NCBI GenBank assembly: GCA_030647555.1
Contig: JAUSJG010000008.1
Coordinates: forward strand, 193,467 to 257,466
From: a bacterium
Lineage (GTDB): Bacteria > Patescibacteriota > Andersenbacteria > UBA10190 > CAIZMI01
Reading direction: 5' to 3'
Length of the DNA: 64,000 nt
Under the pieces are notes generated by a model. That model saw only the letters and a list, made by a program, of their open reading frames with translations, made no database searches and had not been told where the DNA came from. Positions 57,628 through 64,000 of this stretch are shown here, piece after piece. Every line of letters begins with the position of its first letter. The first letter of the stretch is position 1. The position numbers and the translations under genes were made by a program.

Positions 57628-58923
57628 ATGGTTATTGATCGTAGGAAAATATTATTTATCGCGTCCGCGATATTTTTTGTGTTGACTGCGAGTGTTAGTA
57701 GAGCGCAAGAGGTAAATAACAATGGTGATGCGGTTATTGATAATTCCGCGGCAATATTGAGTAAAGAAGCGGAATTAAAAGCAGTTCAAGAAAAAATTGA
57801 TGCCCTGAACACGGCGAAAAAGGTGCATGAACTGGAAAAGAATAATTTAGTACGATCGATCGATATAATAAACGATAACATTCAATCAACGCGTCTGGAG
57901 TTAGATAAAACGGCAATTTCAATTGATTTCGCGCGATTGCAAATTAAAGATAATCAACAAGGCATGAAAAATGCGGAAAAACAAGTCAATGGTTTACGAG
58001 TGGAGTTGCAAGGTATTTTGCGAGAGATGAGCGCTTTAGACCAGCTTTCCTTGTGGCAATCTCTATTTTCCAAAGGATCATTCACAGACTTTCTACAGGC
58101 CAATGGGGCGTTTAGCTCTCTCCAGCGCAAGATGATGAATAATATCGTAGTCGCGCAAGACGCGCGAAAAGTGCTGGGAAAACAAAAAAATGATCTAATC
58201 CAGAAGCAAGAAGATCTTTCTCAATTGCAGGGCTTGCAAGAAGCGCAAAAAAACTCTCTTAACGCGGAAGAAGGGAATAAACAAACGGCGCTAACAAAAA
58301 CTGTTGCCGAACAAAAAAAGGTTTCCGGTCTTATCGCTGAAGCGGAACAAGCCAGAACGGAAATCAATCAAAAATTATTTTCTTTGCGCAGTGCCGGAAT
58401 TAGTATGTCATTGACGGATGCCTTAAAAATGGCCAAATATGCCGGAAAAGTGACGGGGGTGAGACCGGCACTATTACTTGGTGTTTTAAAAATTGAATCA
58501 AATCTTGGCACAAATGTCGGTTCCGGTCGCTATCCCGACGATATTCACCCATTGCATCGCGAAGCGTTTCTTCGAGTCGTAAAAAAACTTGGCCTAGACT
58601 TTGCAACGGCGCCGGTTTCCGCAAAACCGAAATCTTATCCGGGTTGGGGTGGGGCAATAGGGCCGGGACAAATTATGCCGGGAATTTGGGAAAGTATCGA
58701 AAATACAGTTGCCGAGCTAACGGGACGCGCCCTTCCATCGCCGTATAATCTGCAAGACGCCTTTGTGGCGACGGCAATTATTTTGCGAAACTCGGGCGCG
58801 GTCTCGGGAAGTGAGTTTGAAGCGGTAAATCGCTACTTCGCGGGAGGAAACTGGCAACGATTTACCTGGTATGGGGATAGAGTGTTGGCTGTCGCTAAGG
58901 AGTATGAGAGTAACGAAATATAG
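57628..58923 (+). CDS. Secreted coiled-coil protein with C-terminal lytic transglycosylase (MltB/SLT-like) domain
   Basis: Signal peptide, long coiled coil, IESNLG catalytic Glu, GGAIGPGQIMP..W. Confidence 0.82.
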   Translation: MVIDRRKILFIASAIFFVLTASVSRAQEVNNNGDAVIDNSAAILSKEAELKAVQEKIDALNTAKKVHELEKNNLVRSIDIINDNIQSTRLELDKTAISIDFARLQIKDNQQGMKNAEKQVNGLRVELQGILREMSALDQLSLWQSLFSKGSFTDFLQANGAFSSLQRKMMNNIVVAQDARKVLGKQKNDLIQKQEDLSQLQGLQEAQKNSLNAEEGNKQTALTKTVAEQKKVSGLIAEAEQARTEINQKLFSLRSAGISMSLTDALKMAKYAGKVTGVRPALLLGVLKIESNLGTNVGSGRYPDDIHPLHREAFLRVVKKLGLDFATAPVSAKPKSYPGWGGAIGPGQIMPGIWESIENTVAELTGRALPSPYNLQDAFVATAIILRNSGAVSGSEFEAVNRYFAGGNWQRFTWYGDRVLAVAKEYESNEI

Positions 58924-58985
58924 TGTTTCTATTATTATAGTATCGTTATAAAACTTAAGGAACGACTGTGTAAAATTGCCTCCAA

Positions 58986-59113
58986 AATTTTCAATTATCA
59001 ATTTTACAATTTTCAATTAATTTTCAAAATTATAATTATCAAACGATGGCGGTTTTTTGAAAATTTGGTCATTTAGAAATTAATTGAAAATTGGCCATTG
59101 ATAATTGATAATT
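58986..59113. repeat. Heptamer-unit inverted repeat (AATTnTC type)
   Basis: aattttcaattatcaat...caattaatttt pairs with aaattaattgaaaattggccattgataattgataatt; resembles 13498. Confidence 0.85.
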
Positions 59114-59141
59114 AAAGATCTTGAGTTATACTCTTTGAGCA

Positions 59142-62069
59142 ATGTCTGTTAAAAAACAAGGGAAAACAAAAAAGATTAGCATCGATCTCTCTGATCTCAA
59201 TACCGAGCAACGCGCGGCCGTAACGCACGAAAAGGGGCCGCTTTTGCTGATTGCCGGCGCCGGTACGGGCAAAACAACGGTAATCGCGAATAAAATTTTG
59301 TGGTTAATCCAAGAACGGGGCATAAGACCGGATAATATACTCGCCCTTACTTTTACGGAAAAAACCGCGAAGGAAATGGAAGAACGCGTTGATCGTTTAC
59401 TTCCTATGGGTTTAAGTAGGGTGCGCATCGCCACCTTTCACGGTTTCTGCGAGCGCCTGCTCCGCGACTACGCGATTGAAATCGGACTCGATCCGTCGTT
59501 TAAAATCTTAACCGTTCCCGAGCAATGGTTGTTGTTGCGGAGGCATCTTTTTGAATTGCCGTTGAATTATTACCGTCCGCTCGGCAATCCCACCAGCTTT
59601 ATCAAAGATATTGTCCGCGCCATCGGTGCTTCTAAAGACCAAGATTTGATGCCCGAACGCTATATTTCCTACGCCGGAGTTTTAAGAGAATCCGCGGAGA
59701 CGGAAAACGACGAAAAAAAGAAAGCGGGTCTGCTCGAATCGGCCGTACGCTGGAACGAATTTGGCGAGGTCTATCGCGCCTACCAGCAAATTGTTTTGCA
59801 AGAAGGAGCGATGGATTTCGGCGATATTATTCTTAACGCTGTACGTCTTTTGGAAGAACGCCCCTCGGTGGCGATGCGTCTCCGCGAAACTTTAGAAGAA
59901 GTTTTAGTGGACGAATTTCAGGACACCAACGGCGCACAAAATACACTTCTTCGCCTTTTAGTGCCGGACAAAAATGGCCAAATCACTGTGGTGGGTGACG
60001 ACGATCAATCCATTTATGCTTGGCGTGGTTCCAATATCGCCAACATTCTCACATTTCAAGAATGGTATCCGGGCGCGAAAAAAATTGTCCTAACCAAAAA
60101 TTATCGTTCCCCCCAAACCTTACTTGATTCGGCGTATAAACTGATTCAGTTTAATAATCCAATGCGGTTGGAAAAAACCGCCAACGTTGATAAGCGCCTG
60201 CAAAGCGCCACGGGGGAACAAAACAGTCTTTCCGTTTCGCACCATCATTTTCCAACCATTGAAGATGAGTGCGCGTTTATCGCCGATCAAATTATTTACG
60301 GCGTGGAAAAAATGAATCGGTCGTTGAGCGACTTTACAATTCTTTTACGCGCCAACGCGCAATCTGATATTATCGTTCCGGCGCTCATTCAGCGAGACAT
60401 TCTTTTTCATGTTTCGGACGCGCGCGGATTACTGCTTCGGCCGGAGGTGCGCGACGTGATCGCCTATTTGCGCGTGGTTTTTAATCCGCGCGACAATGTT
60501 TCTATTTTTCGGCTAATTTCGCATCCGATTTATAATCTCGCGCCATATGAACGCCAGCGTTTATTTAATGACAGTCGGCAGGAAAATTTTGATTTGACGG
60601 AAAAATTACGCACGGCCAGCAAGCAACCGGAATATTCCGAAGAAACTAAAACCGGTTTAAAAAAGTTTATCGATTTGCTCGATCAGCACGTCGCCAGTGC
60701 CCCTTCGGCGCAACCGTCGCGAATCGCGCTCGAATATCTCCAAAAAAGCGGATATTTGGAGTGGGCGATTAAAAATAGCGAGCAAACTCCCGAAATTCTG
60801 CCGAATATCAGCGAGTTTGTGCAATTTATCAAGGAATACGAACGCTCCGACCAAGAAGCCTCGTTATTAAGCTTTTTGGATTATCTTGAACTGGTTGTTT
60901 CCTCCGGCGAAAGCCCCGCGCAAGCTTCATTGAGTGGTGATTTTGAAGCGGTAAAAATTCAAACCGTACACAGCGCGAAAGGCTTGGAATTTCCTGTCGT
61001 GTTTATTTTAGGGGCCACGAAAGATAAATATCCGGGAGCAAACAGAAGCAATCCATTGGAAATTCCAAATTATTTTTCCGACAGCCAGGGAATTGACGAA
61101 CGTGAAGCGCACACAATGGAAGAACGGCGCTTGTTTTACGTGGCGATGACGCGCGCCAAGGAAAGACTTTTTATTACTTCCGCCAGTCAAAGTTTGACCG
61201 GCAAATCGATCAAGAAACCATCGTTATTTATTGAAGAAGCGGAAATTGAAACCGTGGCGGGCAAAGGAACAACCATCGCCCAACAATTAAAATTACCGAT
61301 TAGTTTGGAGAAAAAAGCGACCAAAAATTCGATTTCTTTGACCATTCCTAAAACAACCAGTGTTTCGCAAATTGAAAACTACGAAAAATGCCCATTGCAA
61401 TATAAATTTCAGTATATCTATCGCATTCCTGTTTTACAGGGCCACGCGATGACATTTGGAAATACAATCCATAAAATATTGAAAGAGGTGGCGCAAAAAG
61501 TGACCGCCGGACAAACACTGGAGATTGCCGACGCGCTTTCGTTATATAAAAAACATTGGAACAGTGACGGTTTTGAGGACCGTCAACATGAAGAAGAGCG
61601 TAAAGAAAAAGGAAAAATAATTTTAACCGCCTATCTGGAAGCCAATCCGTACTTGTTAAATACCAAACCGCTTTATGCGGAAGAATCTTTTCGCTTGCGG
61701 ATCGATGATGTAATAGTAAATGGGCGCATCGACCGCGTTGATAAAATTGACGGGCTGATAACGGTTACCGATTTCAAAACAGGAAAAGTAAAAGATCAAA
61801 AAGACGCGGATAAAAGTTTACAGCTTTCCGTGTACGCAATCGCGCTCAAAGACGCTTTTGATATCAAGGCGGAGCGTCTGGTTTTATCATATTTGGAAGG
61901 GCCAACCGACCGTCGCACGACGCGCACCGACGCGGTTTTGAAAAAAACGCGCAAAAGATTGATGGAAACGGTTAACAAAATAGTCGCGCAAGATTTCACC
62001 CCCAAACCGGAAAAAATGACCTGTCACTTCTGCGCCTTCAATAAAATCTGCGACTTCTCGCTGGAGTAA
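59142..62069 (+). CDS. UvrD/PcrA-like SF1A helicase fused to a C-terminal PD-(D/E)XK nuclease with four Cys (AdnAB/AddA-like)
   Basis: AGAGTGKT, VDEFQDTN, VGDDDQSIY, TVHSAKGLEF, EERRLFYVAMTRA; YEKCP, GRIDRVD, DFKTG, CHFCAFNKIC. Confidence 0.92.
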   Translation: MSVKKQGKTKKISIDLSDLNTEQRAAVTHEKGPLLLIAGAGTGKTTVIANKILWLIQERGIRPDNILALTFTEKTAKEMEERVDRLLPMGLSRVRIATFHGFCERLLRDYAIEIGLDPSFKILTVPEQWLLLRRHLFELPLNYYRPLGNPTSFIKDIVRAIGASKDQDLMPERYISYAGVLRESAETENDEKKKAGLLESAVRWNEFGEVYRAYQQIVLQEGAMDFGDIILNAVRLLEERPSVAMRLRETLEEVLVDEFQDTNGAQNTLLRLLVPDKNGQITVVGDDDQSIYAWRGSNIANILTFQEWYPGAKKIVLTKNYRSPQTLLDSAYKLIQFNNPMRLEKTANVDKRLQSATGEQNSLSVSHHHFPTIEDECAFIADQIIYGVEKMNRSLSDFTILLRANAQSDIIVPALIQRDILFHVSDARGLLLRPEVRDVIAYLRVVFNPRDNVSIFRLISHPIYNLAPYERQRLFNDSRQENFDLTEKLRTASKQPEYSEETKTGLKKFIDLLDQHVASAPSAQPSRIALEYLQKSGYLEWAIKNSEQTPEILPNISEFVQFIKEYERSDQEASLLSFLDYLELVVSSGESPAQASLSGDFEAVKIQTVHSAKGLEFPVVFILGATKDKYPGANRSNPLEIPNYFSDSQGIDEREAHTMEERRLFYVAMTRAKERLFITSASQSLTGKSIKKPSLFIEEAEIETVAGKGTTIAQQLKLPISLEKKATKNSISLTIPKTTSVSQIENYEKCPLQYKFQYIYRIPVLQGHAMTFGNTIHKILKEVAQKVTAGQTLEIADALSLYKKHWNSDGFEDRQHEEERKEKGKIILTAYLEANPYLLNTKPLYAEESFRLRIDDVIVNGRIDRVDKIDGLITVTDFKTGKVKDQKDADKSLQLSVYAIALKDAFDIKAERLVLSYLEGPTDRRTTRTDAVLKKTRKRLMETVNKIVAQDFTPKPEKMTCHFCAFNKICDFSLE

Positions 62070-62101
62070 AAAATGGGAACAAAAAGTGGGGAGCCGCCAT
62101 A

Positions 62102-62135
62102 CCCCTCTTTTTTTAAAGAGGGGCGAGGGGAGATT
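62102..62135. repeat. Uninterrupted CCCCTCTTT/AAAGAGGGG hairpin repeat with GAGGGGAGATT tail
   Basis: Same family as 46801, 48131 and 27662. Confidence 0.85.
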
Positions 62136-62239
62136 CCGTCGTCATTCGTAGGGGGTCCGTTCCTGTTACGCAGCGTCGGACACTGATCGACGTAAAAAAA
62201 CGGAAGGGTGGAATTCAAAATGAGAGAGTCCGGTACTTC

Positions 62240-62268
62240 TTGCAAACAAAACACGAACGATTTATAAT
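62240..62268 (+). promoter_or_regulatory. Promoter TTGCAA-17-TATAAT (copy 1)
   Basis: Near-identical to 63252-63280, including the spacer core ACAAnACACGAACG. Confidence 0.85.
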
Positions 62269-62297
62269 AATGATGTAAAACAATTAATTTAATAAAT

Positions 62298-63134
62298 ATG
62301 AATATTGAAATAACAACACAAATAGCGTTATTCAGAGGTGAAAAAATTAGAAGGACGCTTCATCAAAACGAATGGTGGTTTTCAGTGGTGGACGCGTGCG
62401 GAGTTCTTACAGACAGTAAAGATGCTGGGGCATATTGGCGAAAACTCAAGCAGAGATTAATTGAAGAGGGAAGCGAGGTCGTGACATTTTGTCACGGACT
62501 GAAATTGGAAGCCACAGACGGTAAAAAATACGAAACCGATTGTGCTACAACTGAAGGTCTCTTTCGTATCGCGCAGTCCATCCCATTCTCCAAAGCCGAG
62601 CCTTTTAAGCGCTGGTTGGCCAAGGTGGGGTATGAACGCGTGCAAGAAATTGAAAATCCCGAACTGGCCACAAAAAGAACACGCGTTCTTTACAAACTCA
62701 AAGGATACTCGGATAATTGGATTGAAAAAAGAATGCGTGGTATCGCTATTCGGGAAGAATTGACCGATGAGTGGCTAAAACGGGGAGCACAGGAAGAAAG
62801 AGATTATGCAATTCTTACCGCGGAAATATCCAAAGTGGCTTTTGGTGTTACGCCCAACGAATACAAAAAACTTAAAGGTTTGAAACGGGAAAATCTGCGT
62901 GATCATATGGATGATTTTGAGCTAATTTTTACAATGCTGGGAGAACGATCTACCACGGAAATCCATCGCACTGAAAATTCGAAAGGTGTTCCAAAACTGC
63001 GTAGTGACGCAAAAGCCGGAGGCGAAATTGCCGGTGGCGCAAGAAAAAAACTAGAAGATCGTCTTGGTCGTTCGGTGGTTACGAAAAATAACTTTTTCCA
63101 AAAACCGGCGGATAAAATGGACTTGAAAAAATAG
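62298..63134 (+). CDS. Bro-N domain protein
   Basis: IRR...NEWWFSVVD, YWRKLKQRL, LKLEATDGKKYETD, KAEPFKRWLAKVG, NLRDHM. Confidence 0.88.
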   Translation: MNIEITTQIALFRGEKIRRTLHQNEWWFSVVDACGVLTDSKDAGAYWRKLKQRLIEEGSEVVTFCHGLKLEATDGKKYETDCATTEGLFRIAQSIPFSKAEPFKRWLAKVGYERVQEIENPELATKRTRVLYKLKGYSDNWIEKRMRGIAIREELTDEWLKRGAQEERDYAILTAEISKVAFGVTPNEYKKLKGLKRENLRDHMDDFELIFTMLGERSTTEIHRTENSKGVPKLRSDAKAGGEIAGGARKKLEDRLGRSVVTKNNFFQKPADKMDLKK

Positions 63135-63251
63135 GATGAACGAATAATTGTTGTTGTTGCGTAGTAAAAGGGTCCGTCCTTGCCGTACAAGGTCGGACTC
63201 TGATTGGCGTGCGTCGCTCACCCTCCCCAAAAAAACGTCCACAACTCGCTC

Positions 63252-63280
63252 TTGCAAACAATACACGAACGTCATATAAT
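63252..63280 (+). promoter_or_regulatory. Promoter TTGCAA-17-TATAAT (copy 2)
   Basis: See copy 1 at 62240. Confidence 0.85.
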
Positions 63281-63284
63281 AATT

Positions 63285-63590
63285 ATGAAAGCGAAGGGGG
63301 AAAGCAATATATTATTAATTCAATTAGTATATGAAATACAAAAAAATAAAATTGTTCCGAATAACAGTTATACGGAATTTTTGCTTTATACCACTCCGAA
63401 CGGCAAGGTAAAAGTTGAAATATTTTTACGAAATGAAGATATCTGGCTGACTCAAGCAAAAATCACTGAACTTTTTGGCGTTGAAAGAAGTGTTGTTACA
63501 AAGCACCTGCAAAATATTTATTTAGACAAGGAGCTCAAAAAGGAAGCAACAAGTCAATAATTGCACAGGTTAAAATGAGGGAGAAAAATA
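63285..63590 (+). pseudogene. RhuM/virulence-protein family N-terminal remnant
   Basis: FLLYTTPNGKVKVEI....DIWLTQAKITELFGVERSVVTKHLQNIY...EL; stop at 63560, with IIAQV and NEG continuing only in shifted frames. Confidence 0.75.
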
Positions 63591-63632
63591 ATAATGAATT
63601 TAAAAAATATCGGGTTTGAAATTAAATAAAAT

Positions 63633-64000
63633 ATGTATATTTTTTTAGACGAAAGCGGACAGTTCATAAAACACAATGACGATGATTATTTTGTTGTAGC
63701 ATCTTTTACTGTTGATGATCCGCGGCGAACGCAAAAAAGATTTAAAACCTGGCAGAAAACAAGGTTCCCCAAAAGAATGCGCAATCAGGCGGAAATAAAA
63801 TATTCTGCGGTAGATATTTCCGAATTACTGCGTTTGAGGACGCTAAAGTTTATTTCTAGACTTGATGTGCGAATAAATTATACATTCCTGAAGAGAAAAA
63901 ATATTCCTGACAATTTTGTTAAGAAAAACAAAAATAAATTATACATTCCTGAAGAGAAAAAATATTCCTGACAATTTTGTTAAGAAAAACAAAACTCAAC
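63633..64000 (+). CDS. DUF3800-type (RNase H-like) protein, frameshifted by a 61-bp tandem duplication and running off the window
   Basis: MYIFLDESG, YFVVA, EIKYS motifs. Confidence 0.7.
63872..63993. repeat. Exact 61-bp tandem duplication
   Basis: 63872-63932 equals 63933-63993. Confidence 0.9.

Noticed and set aside
10121-59113. CRISPR array or intrinsic terminators at the heptamer repeats
   Set aside because: There is no constant repeat with unique spacers and no cas gene; the arms are long, AT-rich and degenerate rather than GC stems with U tracts.
1-64000. UGA-to-Gly recoding (code 25, as in Gracilibacteria/SR1)
   Set aside because: Conserved genes are full length under code 11, and TGA serves as a stop in ATGA/GTGA overlaps.

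Overview
Gene-dense, moderately AT-rich bacterial chromosome segment read with the standard code. Gene content and style suggest Patescibacteria/CPR (inference). It holds a surface-glycan cluster (GT-C and GT4 glycosyltransferases), two mreB paralogues (one with mreC-mreD-PBP2), secA, secDF, glyA-folD, holB, frr, rseP, proS, greA, lysS, serS, ftsQ, a murF-DegT-FemABX block, dnaX, tRNA-Gln, an ABC exporter, a UvrD-nuclease fusion and a small accessory tail (Bro-N, RhuM remnant, DUF3800). No CRISPR array, transposase, integrase or reverse transcriptase is visible. The most unusual signals are non-genic. (1) Several families of short palindromic elements nest inside one another and sit in frame inside proteins (a GT4 linker, a PIF1 helicase, a GT-C at two places, a DegT C-terminus, probably HolB). 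(2) Seven intergenic inverted repeats are built from 7-nt units. (3) Unrelated orphan genes share a consensus promoter, a boxA-like leader, a strong Shine-Dalgarno and their own terminator, while many housekeeping genes look leaderless. (4) A duplicated hairpin-plus-promoter module precedes successive accessory genes. All comparisons were made by eye; no database searches were run.
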